Source of the DNA: Eledone cirrhosa
Taxonomy: Eukaryota
Assembly: GCA_964016885.1 (NCBI GenBank)
Contig: OZ024756.1
Coordinates: forward strand, 12,400,001 to 12,464,000
Reading direction: 5' to 3'
DNA: 64,000 nt
Shown: positions 11,215-24,703 of the stretch, piece after piece
Position numbering within the stretch: the stretch's first letter is position 1
Layout of the letters: each line of letters opens with the position of its first letter
The notes under the pieces: model-generated
Databases searched by the model: none
What the model saw: the letters and a program-made list of their open reading frames with translations, nothing else
What the model was told of the DNA's origin: nothing
Made by a program: the position numbers and the translations under genes

Positions 11215-11846
11215 GGGCCACTGCCCCCTCACAGCCACTGCTCCCTCACAGCCACTGTCCCCTCACAGCCACTGCCCCCCTCATGGTCACTGCTCCCTCA
11301 CAGCCACTGCCCCCATCACGGCCACTGCCCCCCTCATGGTCACTGCTCCCTCACTGCCACTGCCCCCTCACGCCCACTGCCCCCATCACGGCCACTGTCC
11401 CCTCACAGCCACTGTCCCCTCACAGCCACTGCCCCCCTCATGGTCACTGCTCCCTCACAGCCACTGCCCCCATCACGGCCACTGCCCCCATCACGGCCAC
11501 TGTCCCCTCACAGCAACTGCCCCCTCACAGCCACTGCCCCCTCACGCCCACTGCCCCCATCACGGCCACTGTCCCCTCACAGCAACTGCCCCCTCACAGC
11601 CACTGCCCCCTCACGCCCACTGCCCCCATCACGGCCACTGCCCCCTCACAGCCACTGTCCCCTCACGGCCACTGCCCCCATCACGGCCACTGCCCCCTCA
11701 CAGCCACTGTCCCCTCACGGCCACTGTCCCCTCACAGCCACTGCCCCCTCACAGCCACTGCTCCCTCACAGCCACTGCTCCCTCACAGCCACTGCCCCCT
11801 CATGGCCACTGCCCCCATCACAGCCACTGCTCCCATCACGGCCACG
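11215..11846. repeat. GC-rich 17-bp minisatellite (~37 copies)
   Basis: Unit cactgccccctcacagc with variants. Confidence 0.95.
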
Positions 11847-11897
11847 TAATAATCTCAGTGCCAACCAAATAATAAATAAAATCGTTAATTTATAAAT

Positions 11898-12092
11898 AAA
11901 TAATTGTTTCTACTTTAGGCACAAGGCCAGCAATTACCCAGTGCATTACTGGTACTTTATTTTATCGACCCCGTAAGGATGAAAGGCAAAGTTAACCTCG
12001 GCGGGATTTGAATTCAGACTGTAAAGGGACGTAACTCTATGCTGCAAAGCACAGCGTCCAACCCTCTACCCATACTGCCAATTCACCGCCCT
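11898..12092 (-). mobile_element. tRNA-derived SINE family B; other copies at 35684-35904(-), ~37925-38095(-), 45318-45470(+), 46033-46224(-), 61440-62060(+, several partial copies)
   Basis: Head ggcggtg(a/g)attggcagtat.ggtagagggt.ggac (A box), B box GAGTTCAAATCC, body gactttgcctttcatccttacggggtcgataaaataaagtaccag, tail ggccttgtgcctaaagtagaaacaattatt. Confidence 0.8.
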
Positions 12093-12404
12093 TTATAAAT
12101 AATATGTATCATTTGATATTCAATATACCATTATATCATCTCTACCACCCCCTTAGAACCCAGTAACCCTCTGAACCTTCTCAACGACCCCTGACAGACA
12201 TAAACAAAGACATGATGGACACAGACATACACACATGCATATATATAATTGTCAGAAGAAGTAATAAGATGCTATTTATCACTTAAGTAAAGAATATATA
12301 TTTTTTTTACCCAAGTGATAAACAGTGTTTTATTATTTCTGACAGTTATATTTTATTAATATATTATTCTGTACACCAAAACATTTATATATCATCATTT
12401 CATT

Positions 12405-15400
12405 TCATCATTGTTTAACGTCTATCTTCCATGCTAGCAAGGGTTGGACGGTTTTGTCCCACTTGAGGTAAGATTGGTCAGGAGACTATGTCGTACAGAA
12501 CTGTTTATGGCAGGTTTTCTACGGCTGGATGCCCTTCCTAACACCAACCACATTTACAGTGTGGACTGGGAGCCGTTTTAACATGTCTCCTACACGACCA
12601 CCTTACAGTGTGGACTGGGAGCCTTTTTAACACGTCTCCTACATGACCACCTTACAGTGTGGACTGGGAGCCTTTTTAACATGTCTCCTACATGACCACT
12701 TTACAGTGTGGACTGGGTGCTTTTTTAACATGTCTCCTACACAACCACCTTACAGTGTGGACTGGGAGCCTTTTTAACATGTCTCCTACATGACCACCTT
12801 ACAGTGTGGACTGGGAGCCGTTTTAACATGTCTCCTACACGACCACCTTACAGTGTGGACTGGGAGCCTTTTTAACACGTCTCCTACATGACCACCTTAC
12901 AGTGTGGACTGGGAGCCTTTTTAACATGTCTCCTACACAACCACCTTACAGTGTGGACTGGGAGCCTTTTTAACACGTCTCCTACATGACCACCTTACAG
13001 TGTGGACTGGGAGCCTTTTTAACATGTCTCCTACACGACCACCTTACAGTGTGGACTGGGAGCCTTTTTAACACGTCTCCTACATGACCACCTTACAGTG
13101 TGGACTGGGAGCCTTTTTAACATGTCTCCTACATGACCACCTTACAGTGTGGACTGGGAGCCTTTTTAACATGTCTCCTACACGACCACCTTACAGTGTG
13201 GACTGGGAGCCTTTTTAACATGTCTCCTACACAACCACCTTACAGTGTGGACTGGGAGCCTTTTTAACACGTCTCCTACATGACCACCTTACAGTGTGGA
13301 CTGGGAGCCTTTTTAACATGTCTCCTACACGACCACCTTACAGTGTGGACTGGGAGCCTTTTTAACATGTCTCCTACACAACCACCTTACAGTGTGGACT
13401 GGGAGCCTTTTTAACATGTCTCCTACACAACCACCTTACAGTGTGGACTGGGAGCCTTTTTAACACGTCTCCTACATGACCACCTTACAGTGTGGACTGG
13501 GAGCCTTTTTAACATGTCTCCTACACAACCACCTTACAGTGTGGACTGGGAGCCTTTTTAACATGTCTCCTACATGACCACCTTACAGTGTGGACTGGGA
13601 GCCTTTTTAACATGTCTCCTACACAACCACTTTACAGTGTGGACTGGGAGCCTTTTTAACATGTCTCCTACACAACCACTTTACAGTGTGGACTGGGAGC
13701 CTTTTTAACATGTCTCCTACACGACCACTTTACAGTGTGGACTGGGAGCCTTTTTAACATGTCTCCTACACGACCACTTTACAGTGTGGACTGGGAGCCT
13801 TTTTAACATGTCTCCTACACAACCACCTTACAGTGTGGACTGGGAGCCTTTTTAACATGTCTCCTACACGACCACCTTACAGAGTGGACTGGGAGCCTTT
13901 TTAACACGTCTCCTACACAACCACCTTACAGTGTGGACTGGGAGCCTTTTTAACACGTCTCCTACATGACCACCTTACAGTGTGGACTGGGAGCCTTTTT
14001 AACATGTCTCCTACACAACCACCTTACAGTGTGGACTGGGAGCCTTTTTAACATGTCTCCTACATGACCACCTTACAGTGTGGACTGGGAGCCTTTTTAA
14101 CACGTCTCCTACACAACCACCTTACAGAGTGGACTGGGAGCCTTTTTAACATGCCTCCTACACAACCACTTTACAGTGTGGACTGGGAGCCTTTTTAACA
14201 TGTCTCCTACACAACCACCTTACAGTGTGGACTGGGAGCCTTTTTAACATGTCTCCTACACGACCACCTTACAGAGTGGACTGGGAGCCTTTTTAACACG
14301 TCTCCTACACAACCACCTTACAGTGTGGACTGGGAGCCTTTTTAACATGTCTCCTACACGACCACCTTACAGAGTGGACTGGGAGCCTTTTTAACACGTC
14401 TCCTACACAACCACCTTACAGTGTGGACTGGGAGCCTTTTTAACATGTCTCCTACATGACCACCTTACAGTGTGGACTGGGAGCCTTTTTAACATGTCTC
14501 CTACATGACCACTTTACAGTGTGGACTGGGAGCCTTTTTAACATGCCTCCTACATGACCACTTTACAGTGTGGACTGGGAGCCTTTTTAACATGTCTCCT
14601 ACATGACCACTTTACAGTGTGGACTGGGAGCCTTTTTAACATGTCTCCTACATGACCACTTTACAGTGTGGACTGGGTGCTTTTTTAACATGCCTCCTAC
14701 ACAACCACCTTACAGTGTGGACTGGGAGCCTTTTTAACATGTCTCCTACATGACCACCTTACAGTGTGGACTGGGAGCCTTTTTAACATGCCTCCTACAC
14801 AACCACTTTACAGTGTGGACTGGGAGCCTTTTTAACATGTCTCCTACACGACCACTTTACAGTGTGGACTGGGAGCCTTTTTAACATGTCTCCTACACAA
14901 CCACCTTACAGTGTGGACTGGGAGCCTTTTTAACATGTCTCCTACACAACCACCTTACAGTGTGGACTGGGGGCCTTTTTAACATGTCTCCTACATGACC
15001 ACTTTACAGTGTGGACTGGGTGCTTTTTTAACATGTCTCCTACACAACCACCTTACAGTGTGGACTGGGAGCCTTTTTAACATGTCTCCTACATGACCAC
15101 CTTACAGTGTGGACTGGGAGCCTTTTTAACATGTCTCCTACACAACCACCTTACAGTGTGGACTGGGAGCCTTTTTAACATGTCTCCTACACGACCACCT
15201 TACAGTGTGGACTGGGAGCCTTTTTAACACGTCTCCTACATGACCACCTTACAGTGTGGACTGGGAGCCTTTTTAACATGTCTCCTACACAACCACCTTA
15301 CAGTGTGGACTGGGAGCCTTTTTAACATGTCTCCTACATGACCACCTTACAGTGTGGACTGGGAGCCTTTTTAACACGTCTCCTACATGACCACCTTACA

Positions 15401-18400
15401 GTGTGGACTGGGAGCCTTTTTAACATGTCTCCTACATGACCACCTTACAGTGTGGACTGGGAGCCTTTTTAACACGTCTCCTACATGACCACCTTACAGT
15501 GTGGACTGGGAGCCTTTTTAACATGTCTCCTACACGACCACCTTACAGTGTGGACTGGGAGCCTTTTTAACATGTCTCCTACATGACCACCTTACAGTGT
15601 GGACTGGGAGCCTTTTTAACATGTCTCCTACATGACCACCTTACAGTGTGGACTGGGAGCCTTTTTAACATGTCTCCTACACAACCACCTTACAGTGTGG
15701 ACTGGGAGCCTTTTTAACACGTCTCCTACATGACCACCTTACAGTGTGGACTGGGAGCCTTTTTAACATGTCTCCTACATGACCACTTTACAGTGTGGAC
15801 TGGGTGCTTTTTTAACATGTCTCCTACACAACCACCTTACAGTGTGGACTGGGAGCCTTTTTAACATGTCTCCTACATGACCACCTTACAGTGTGGACTG
15901 GGAGCCTTTTTAACATGTCTCCTACACAACCACCTTACAGTGTGGACTGGGAGCCTTTTTAACATGTCTCCTACACGACCACCTTACAGTGTGGACTGGG
16001 AGCCTTTTTAACACGTCTCCTACATGACCACCTTACAGTGTGGACTGGGAGCCTTTTTAACATGTCTCCTACACAACCACCTTACAGTGTGGACTGGGAG
16101 CCTTTTTAACATGTCTCCTACATGACCACCTTACAGTGTGGACTGGGAGCCTTTTTAACATGTCTCCTACACGACCACCTTACAGTGTGGACTGGGAGCC
16201 TTTTTAACATGTCTCCTACACAACCACCTTACAGTGTGGACTGGGAGCCTTTTTAACATGTCTCCTACATGACCACTTTACAGTGTGGACTGGGTGCTTT
16301 TTTAACATGTCTCCTACACAACCACCTTACAGTGTGGACTGGGAGCCTTTTTAACATGTCTCCTACATGACCACCTTACAGTGTGGACTGGGAGCCTTTT
16401 TAACATGTCTCCTACATGACCACCTTACAGTGTGGACTGGGAGCCTTTTTAACATGTCTCCTACACAACCACCTTACAGTGTGGACTGGGAGCCTTTTTA
16501 ACATGTCTCCTACATGACCACTTTACAGTGTGGATTGGGAGCCTTTTTAACATGTCTCCTACATGACCACCTTACAGTGTGGACTGGGAGCCTTTTTAAC
16601 ATGTCTCCTACACAACCACCTTACAGTGTGGACTGGGAGCCTTTTTAACATGTCTCCTACATGACCACCTTACAGTGTGGACTGGGAGCCTTTTTAACAT
16701 GTCTCCTACACAACCACCTTACAGTGTGGACTGGGAGCCTTTTTAACATGTCTCCTACATGACCACTTTACAGTGTGGATTGGGAGCCTTTTTAACATGT
16801 CTCCTACATGACCACCTTACAGTGTGGACTGGGAGCCTTTTTAACATGTCTCCTACACAACCACCTTACAGTGTGGACTGGGAGCCTTTTTAACATGTCT
16901 CCTACATGACCACCTTACAGTGTGGACTGGGAGCCTTTTTAACATGTCTCCTACACAACCACCTTACAGTGTGGACTGGGAGCCTTTTTAACATGTCTCC
17001 TACATGACCACCTTACAGTGTGGACTGGGAGCCTTTTTAACATGTCTCCTACACGACCACCTTACAGTGTGGACTGGGAGCCTTTTTAACACGTCTCCTA
17101 CATGACCACCTTACAGTGTGGACTGGGAGCCTTTTTAACATGTCTCCTACACGACCACCTTACAGTGTGGACTGGGAGCCTTTTTAACATGTCTCCTACA
17201 CGACCACTTTACAGTGTGGACTGGGAGCCTTTTTAACATGTCTCCTACACGACCACCTTACAGTGTGGACTGGGAGCCTTTTTAACATGTCTCCGACACG
17301 ACCACCTTACAGTGTGGACTGGGAGCCTTTTTAACATGTCTCCTACACGACCACCTTACAGTGTGGACTGGGAGCCTTTTTAACACGTCTCCTACATGAC
17401 CACCTTACAGTGTGGACTGGGAGCCTTTTTAACATGTCTCCAACACGACCACTTTACAGTGTGGACTGGGAGCCTTTTTAACATGTCTCCTACACGACCA
17501 CCTTACAGTGTGGACTGGGAGCCTTTTTAACATGTCTCCTACACGACCACTTTACAGTGTGGACTGGGAGCCTTTTTAACATGTCTCCTACACGACCACC
17601 TTACAGTATGGACTGGGAGCCTTTTTAACATGTCTCCTACACGACCACCTTACAGTGTGGACTGGGAGCCTTTTTGTCATGACACCTACACGACCACTTT
17701 AGAGTGGACGAACGTGGGAGGATGGGGTAGAGGGTATGGGGTGGAGTGGGGTGTGTATTGGGTTAAGAGGTGCCTACTGACTGTAGGTTTCAGTTTGTAT
17801 GCAAGGGAAGGCGGGTCTTCTGTATAACTGTATCGCGCCAAAGATCTTGATCCAGTGACATTGCTGATTTTATCACCCAGGTAACAGAAAGTGTCCACTA
17901 TTTCTATAGAACCATCTGGGCAATTGAAGGAGCTAGTATCCAGTGGGTCCTTGCTACTTATTGCACCTGAGCATCGCCACATATAAAATCTACATTCTTA
18001 GATAGCTTACCTGTGATCCCACTACATCTTTTATGTACCCATAGTTTGCATTTGGGGCATAGAATGGAATTTCTACCTACTCCTTTCCTACACACTGAGC
18101 ATGGCCATTTCCCAGAGGGCACCTGTGCCCTATTTTCCTTCCTACATACTAGAACTTTTGTCTTGGACAAGTTAACTTTAAGGCTTTTTTGATTCTAGGC
18201 CATGCTTCCATGTTTGGAATTTTTTCTCTAGTTCAGCCATAGATTCAGCTATGACAGTTAGATCATCTGCATATAGAAGTTCCCAAGGGCAGCCAGTCTT
18301 AAACTTTTCTGATATAGCCTGTAGGATAATAATAAACAGGAGGGAACTAAGGACAGAGCGTTGATAAACACCTACTTTTACGCTAAATTCTTCACTATAT

Positions 18401-18710
18401 TCATCGTTAATTTTAACCTTGCTGACTGTTCCTCTATACATGGCTTGTATAGCTCTCACAAGCCATTCTTCCACTCCTAGTTTTCTAAGAGCCCACCAGA
18501 TTAAGGTGCGTGGGACTCTGTCAAAGGCCTTCTCCAGGTCAACAAAAGTAGAGGGGTTTACTGTTAGCTAGGTACTTCTCCTGTAGTTGCCGTACAAGGA
18601 AGAGAGCATCCGTGGTACTTTTACCTAGCACAAACCCAAACTGCATCTCATCTAGATCAATTTGGTCTCTAATCAGTTGAGTAATAACTCTTTCTGTGAC
18701 TTTCATGACT
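12405..18710 (-). mobile_element. Rearranged RTE LINE remnant whose 3'UTR contains the 5.1-kb 49-bp array
   Basis: Tail at 12405-12553 (catcattgtttaacgtc...ggatgcccttcctaacaccaacc). The 3'UTR resumes at ~17700 and RT/PHD fragments lie at 17860-18710. Confidence 0.85.
12554..17700. repeat. 49-bp satellite array, 105 units
   Basis: Unit ttacagtgtggactgggagcctttttaacatgtctcctacacgaccacc. First unit starts at 12554 and last at 17650 (5096 = 104 x 49). Confidence 0.97.
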
Positions 18711-19940
18711 TCATCATCATCATCATCATCATCGTTTAACGTCCCTGTTCCACGCTTGCATGGGGGTTTTCCCACTTGAGGCAAGAGTGGTTGTCTTGCT
18801 CGCATAGGACTGTCTGGCGGGTTTTCTACAGCTGGATGCCCTTCCTAACACCAACCACATTTACAGTGTGGGACTGGGAGGTTTTTACCGTGTTGCCTAC
18901 ACGGCCACATTACAGCGTGGACTGGGTGTTTTTTGTCGTGACACCTACACGATCTCATTTGTTTCGGCCTGGATGTTGTGGCACCAACATAACTTTGCAT
19001 TGAAGGGGGCGGTGGGACGGGGGTGTATTTTGTTAGAGATGCCTACTGACTGTAGTAGGTTTTACTTTGTATTTAGGTAAGGCGGGTCTTCTCTGTTACT
19101 GAGTACCGCCAAAGCTCTCGGTCCAGTGACATTGTCTTAGAGAGGTGCAAGTGTGTAAGGTCGAAATTTATCAGATTGTCCCAGGTTTTTCTGGGTCTGC
19201 CTACTCCGTGGCTACCATCTATCTTTATTGCCCTACACTTTGTTATATAGCTGTCGTCTTTCATGCGCATCACGTGACCATACCAACGTAGCCTTCTCTC
19301 AAGTAAACAACATCTGATCCCTCTTATTTCTAATTTTTTCCTTAGTTCGTTTATGCTTTGCCATTCACATATATTACTATTACACATCCAGCGGAGCATG
19401 CAAGCTTCGTTCCTCTCTAGTCTGCATATATCCTCTGCACACAATGCCCAGGTCTCACTGCCATGCAACATTGCTGTTCGTATGCAGGCATCATACAACC
19501 TGCCTTTCATTTTTAGGGAGAACCCTTTAGCGGCTAATAGTGGTATAAGCTCTCTGAACATTTTCCATCCAGTTCTGACTCTAGCTACTGTACTTTCAGA
19601 GCACCCTCCTCCACTGCTGATTTTGTCACCCAGGTAACGTAAGCTGTCCACTATTTCTATAGAACCCTCTGCGCAATTGAAAGAGTTAGTATTTTGTGGG
19701 CACTTGCTGCTTCTTATTGCACCAGACTTGGTCAACTAATTTAATACTCCTATAGTTTCCTCTATCCAAGGCGTCTCTTTTGCCCTTGTAACAGTTGATG
19801 ATGATGCTGCTATGCCAGTCATTTGGTATCACCCCATTCTATATTACTTGGTTTACTATCCGGGTTACCATAGTATGTCCCACCATTCCAGATACCTTCA
19901 ACATTTCTGCAACTATCCCTGAAGGGTCAGCTGTCTGTCT
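18711..19940 (-). mobile_element. RTE LINE fragment nested in the previous copy, RT core deleted
   Basis: (CAT)n tail at ~18711-18733, 3'UTR, C-terminal ORF 19073-19735, and a pre-RT fragment at ~19727-19940. Confidence 0.85.
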
Positions 19941-19992
19941 TCATATCTTTGCCGTAGTTACTACACTACCATATATATCTACATATATCTAT

Positions 19993-20190
19993 AGGGGTGG
20001 GCTGAAAAGTTACTAGGCTGACTATGAAGGAGTGATGCTAAAGCTGTGAAATCTTGCATACATTAATTTCAACTCTTCATTTTAATAACTGTATTGTTTC
20101 TTTCCAAGGACTATGTTAAAAAAATAAACCTCATTTGGTCATTCCATGAGAGTATCTTGGTCAGCCTATGAACCTTTCTGCTGACCCTCA
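19993..20190. mobile_element. ~195-bp mariner-type MITE; second copy at ~26498-26690
   Basis: Imperfect ~30-bp TIRs (ggggtgggctgaaaagttactaggctgac / gtcagcctatgaacctttctgctgaccctc) in a TA context. Both copies share the internal sequence. Confidence 0.65.
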
Positions 20191-20678
20191 TATACACACA
20201 CATACACACACACACACACACACACATACACACACACACATATATATTACTTGATATTTACTATTGTATTTTCACGGTAAACACATTATCTCAATTCAAG
20301 AAGACAACCCATGACATTCTAACTGTGAACCCCAAACCCATGACATTCTAACTGTAAACCCCAAACATTGTAACTCAGTTGTATATGTTGGTGTGTATAA
20401 AGAACGACATTAACTGAAACTCACCTCTGGGGAACTGCTGTTGTTGACAGGGCTGGATTTATGAACCTTTCTGCTGACCCTCATATACACACACAGACAC
20501 ACACACACACACATACACACATATATATATTACTTGATATTTACTATTGTATTTTCACGGTAAACACATTATCTCAATTCAAGAAGACAACCCATGACAT
20601 TCTAACTGTGAACCCCAAACATTGTAACTCAGTTGTATATGTTGGTGTGTATAAAGAACGACATTAACTGAAACTCAC

Positions 20679-20770
20679 CTCTGGGGAACTGCTGTTGTTG
20701 ACAGGGCTGGATTTTGTATCGAGATAGCTTGAACGCGCTTGATTGGATGCAGCTCGGATGGCTGCAGCAC
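20679..20770 (-). CDS. XRCC1: XRCC1 coding exon 7, 92 nt
   Basis: ctgttgaag|GT GCT GCA GCC ATC CGA...CCA GAG|gtgagt. Encodes GAAAIRAAS..., resembling human AAATLQAS. Phases are consistent. Confidence 0.88.
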
Positions 20771-20922
20771 CTTCAACAGAGAGAAGAGGAGGATTAGGCG
20801 GAGAAGGAGGAGATGGGGGGGGGGGGAGTGTGGAGAAGGAGGAAGAGGAGAAGAAAGCTAGAAACATCTTTGTCTGAATGAAACAGCAATGATATTAACA
20901 CTTCATTACAATTTGAATATAC

Positions 20923-21516
20923 AATGGTAATAATGATGGTGGAGCTGGTGGAAGTGGTGGTGGTGATGATGATGATGATGATGATGAAAGTAATGGTAGT
21001 GGTGGTGATGGAAGTAATGGTAGTGGTGGTGGAAGTAATGGTAGTGGAAGTAATGGTAGTGGTGGTGGTGATGGTAGTGATGATGATGAAAGTAATGGTA
21101 GTGGCGGTGGTGATGATGATGATGGAAGTAATGGTAGTGGTGGTAGTGATGATGATGATGGAAGTAATGGTAGTGGTGGTGGTGGTGGTAGTGATGATGA
21201 TGATGGAAGTAATGGTGGTGGTGATGATGATGATGGAAGTAATGGTGGTGGTGGTGGTGATGATGATGATGGAAGTAATGGTGGTGGTGGTGGTGGTGGT
21301 GATGATGATGGAAGTAATGGTAGTGGTGGTAGTGATGATGATGATGGAAGTAATGGTAGTGGTGGTGGTGATGGTAGTGATGATGATGATGGAAGTAATG
21401 GTGGTGGTGATGATGATGATGGAAGTAATGGTGGTGGTGGTGGTGATGATGATGATGGAAGTAATGGTGGTGGTGGTGGTGATGATGATGGAAGTAATGG
21501 TGGTGGTGATGATGAT
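20923..21516. repeat. Compound (GAT/GGT) trinucleotide-based low-complexity repeat
   Basis: Recurrent gatgatgatggaagtaatggtggtggtggt blocks. Confidence 0.95.
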
Positions 21517-21604
21517 TAAGTTAAACAAAGACAAAAAGGTAAGACATTTTCTTCCAAGTGATGTTTTGTCTGCTCCAGGTGTACATTTATATTAATTTAG
21601 ACAT

Positions 21605-23708
21605 GTCATCATCCTCATCCTCATCATTTAACGTCCATCTTCCACACTTGCATGGGGTAGACGGTTTTGTTCCATTTGATGTGGGAATGGTCAAGAGACC
21701 GTCTCTCGCTCGTACGGAAGTGTCTCTGGCAAGTTTTCTATGGCCTTGGATGCCCTTCCTAACACCAACCACTTTTACAGTGTGGACTGGGAGCCGTTTT
21801 ACCGTGTCTTCTACACGGTCACCTTACAGTGTGGACTGGGAGCCTTTTTATCGTGTCTTCTACACGGTCACCTTACAGTGTGGACTGGGAGCCTTTTTAT
21901 CGTGTCTTCTACACGGTCACCTTACAGTGTGGACTGGGAGCCTTTTTATCGTGTCTTCTACACGGTCACCTTACAGTGTGGACTGGGAGCCTTTTTATCG
22001 TGTCTTCTACACGGTCACCTTACAGTGTGGACTGGGAGCCTTTTTATCGTGTCTTCTACACGGTCACCTTACAGTGTGGACTGGGAGCCTTTTTATCGTG
22101 TCTTCTACACGGTCACCTTACAGTGTGGACTGGGAGCCTTTTTATCGTGTCTCCTACACGGTCATCTTACAGTGTGGACTGGGAGCCTTTTTAACATGTC
22201 TCCTACACGGTCACCTTACAGTGTGGACTGGGAGCCTTTTTATCGTGTCTCCTACATGACCACTTTACAGTGTGGACTGGGAGCCTTTTTATCGTGTCTC
22301 CTACACGGTCATCTTACAGTGTGGACTGGGAGCCTTTTTAACATGTCTCCTACACGGTCACCTTACAGTGTGGACTGGGAGCCTTTTTATCGTGTCTCCT
22401 ACATGACCACTTTACAGTGTGGACTGGGAGCCTTTTTATCGTGTCTCCTACACGGTCATCTTACAGTGTGGACTGGGAGCCTTTTTACCGTGTCTCCTAC
22501 ACGACCACTTTACAGTGTGGACTGGGAGCCTTTTTAACATGTCTCCTACACGGTCATCTTACAGTGTGGACTGGGAGCCTTTTTACCGTGTCTCCTACAC
22601 GGCCACCTTACAGTGTGGACTGGGAGCCTTTTTACCGTGTCTCCTACACGACCACTTTACAGTGTGGACTGGGAGCCTTTTTACCGTGTCTCCTACACGA
22701 CCACTTTACAGTGTGGACTGGGAGCCTTTTTATCGTGTCTCCTACACGGTCACCTTACAGTGTGGACTGGGAGCCTTTTTAACATGTCTCCTACACGACC
22801 ACTTTACAGTGTGGACTGGGTGCTTTTTGTTGTGTCCTCGACAAAGTGGACAGAAAAGGGAGGATGGAGTAGGGAGTGTGGGAGATCTCGATCCAGTGTC
22901 ATTGTCTTAGAGAGGTATAGGTGAGCAAGGTCAGTTTTTATCATCTCGTCCCACTCCGTAGCTTCCCTCAATTTTCATTGCTCTGCACTTTTTTATACAG
23001 CTGTCATCCTTCATACTCATGACATGTCCATTCCATCGTAATCTCCTCTCCAGGACACAGCATTTGATATCTCTTATGCTTAGTCTCCCTCTTAGTTCGT
23101 TTATGCTTTGCCGTTCGCGTATATTACTATTACACATCCACTGGAGCATGCAAGCTTCATTTCTTTCTGATCTACACAAATCTTCAGCACACAACACCCA
23201 GGTTTCACTACCATGTAATATCGCCATTTGTATACAAGCATCATACAATCTGCCTTTCACTTTTAGAGAAAAGCCCCTTGTGGCCAACAGCAGTATTAGC
23301 TCTCTGAACCTTTTCCATCCCGTTCTAACTCTGGCTACTACACTTTCAGAGCACCCTCCTCCCAGGTAACAGGTGTCCACTATTTCTATAGAACCATCTG
23401 GGCAGTTGAAGGAGCTAGTATCCAGTGGGTCCTTGCTACTTATTGCACCTGAGTATCGGCCACATATAAAATCTACATTCTTAGATAGCTTACCTGTGAT
23501 CCCACATCTTTTATGTACCCATAGTACATTTGGTGCATAGAATGGAATTTCTACCTATTCCCTTCTTACACACTGAGCATGGCCATTTCCCAGAGGGCAC
23601 CTGTGCCCTATTCTCCTTTCTACATACTAGAACTTTAGTCTTAGACAAGTTGATTCTAAGCCCTTTTGATTCTAGGCCATGCTTCCATGTTTGGAACTTC
23701 CTCTCTAG
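21605..23708 (-). mobile_element. RTE LINE 3' fragment containing a second 49-bp array
   Basis: Tail at 21605-21774, array, then C-terminal ORF 22931-23380 and PHD/RT-end sequence to 23708. Confidence 0.87.
21775..22845. repeat. 49-bp array, ~22 units, same family as 12554-17700
   Basis: ttacagtgtggactggg starts at 21775 through 22804 (1029 = 21 x 49). Unit variant ...tttttatcgtgtcttctacacggtcacc. Confidence 0.96.
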
Positions 23709-23787
23709 GTGTACATTTGTATTAATTTAGACAGGTGTACAATTATATTAATTTCAACTTGGGGAACAAAAACAATGTGAAGTTTAC

Positions 23788-23905
23788 CTGTTAAAGGTGA
23801 GTTCTCAGGTTTATCCTTCTGTCGAGCAAACAAACTCCCGGCCTTTAAGTCTTTATCTTCTTCATCCCGACGGAAAAAAAAGGCACCAATTTTCTTTGGA
23901 TTATT
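23788..23905 (-). CDS. XRCC1: XRCC1 coding exon 6, 118 nt
   Basis: ttttctag|AAT AAT CCA AAG AAA ATT GGT GCC TTT...ACA G|gtaaac. NNPKKIGAFFFRRDEEDKDLKAGSLFAR resembles human KLGQFRVKEEDESANSLRPGALFFSR. Confidence 0.9.
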
Positions 23906-23918
23906 CTAGAAAATAGAA

Positions 23919-24662
23919 GTGATGGTGGTGATGATTCTGGTGGTGGTGATAGTGATAATGGTGATGATGCTGGTGGTGGTGAGAGAGATGATGATGACAA
24001 TGGTGGTGATGGTGATGATGATGGTGGTGACAATGTTGGTGATAGTGATGATGATGTTGGTAAAAGTGATGGTGGTGATGATGCTGGTGGTGTGGTGATA
24101 GTGATAATGAGAGAGATGATGATGGTGATGATGTTGGTGGTGATAGTGGTGATGATGGTGATAGTGTTGGTAATAGTGATGGTGGTTATGTCAATGATGA
24201 TGATGGTGATGTTGGTAATAGTGATGGTGGCGATGGTGATGATGGTGATAGTGATGGTGATGATGGTGATGATGGTGATGATGATGATGATGGTGGTGAT
24301 GGTGATAGTGATGATGGTGATGGTGATGATGGTGGTAGTGATGATGGTGGTGGTGATGGTGATGATGATGATGATAATGGTGGTGATGGTGGTGATGATG
24401 ATGATGATAATGGTGGTGGTGGTGACGTTGGTAATAGTGATGATGTTGGTGATGATGGGTGGTAATAGTGATGATGGTGATGTGATGATGATGTTGGTAA
24501 TAGTGGTGATGGTGATGATGATGATGTCAATGATGATGATGATGATGTTGGTAATAGTGGTGATGGTGATTATGATGATGATGATAATGGTGATGGTGAT
24601 AATGGTGGTGATGGTGATGGTGATGTTGGTAATAGTGGTGATGTCAATGATGATGATGATGA
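23919..24662. repeat. (GAT/GGT)-rich low-complexity tract making up most of XRCC1 intron 5
   Basis: Continuous gatggtgatgatg-type sequence. Confidence 0.93.
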
Positions 24663-24703
24663 CATATACTTACTAAGTCATCCTCCTCCCCCTGTTTACT
24701 TAC

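Noticed and set aside
11123-11895. Pro/His/Cys-rich ORFs in three frames
   Set aside because: Artefact of a stop-free 17-bp minisatellite.
12554-17700. CRISPR-like appearance of the regular 49-bp array
   Set aside because: There are no unique spacers and no cas genes; units differ only by a few recurring SNPs, and the context is a eukaryotic intron.
20794-24676. Poly-Met/Val/Thr/Ile ORFs and the 49-aa-period ORFs at 21558-22924
   Set aside because: Translations of microsatellites and of the 49-bp array.
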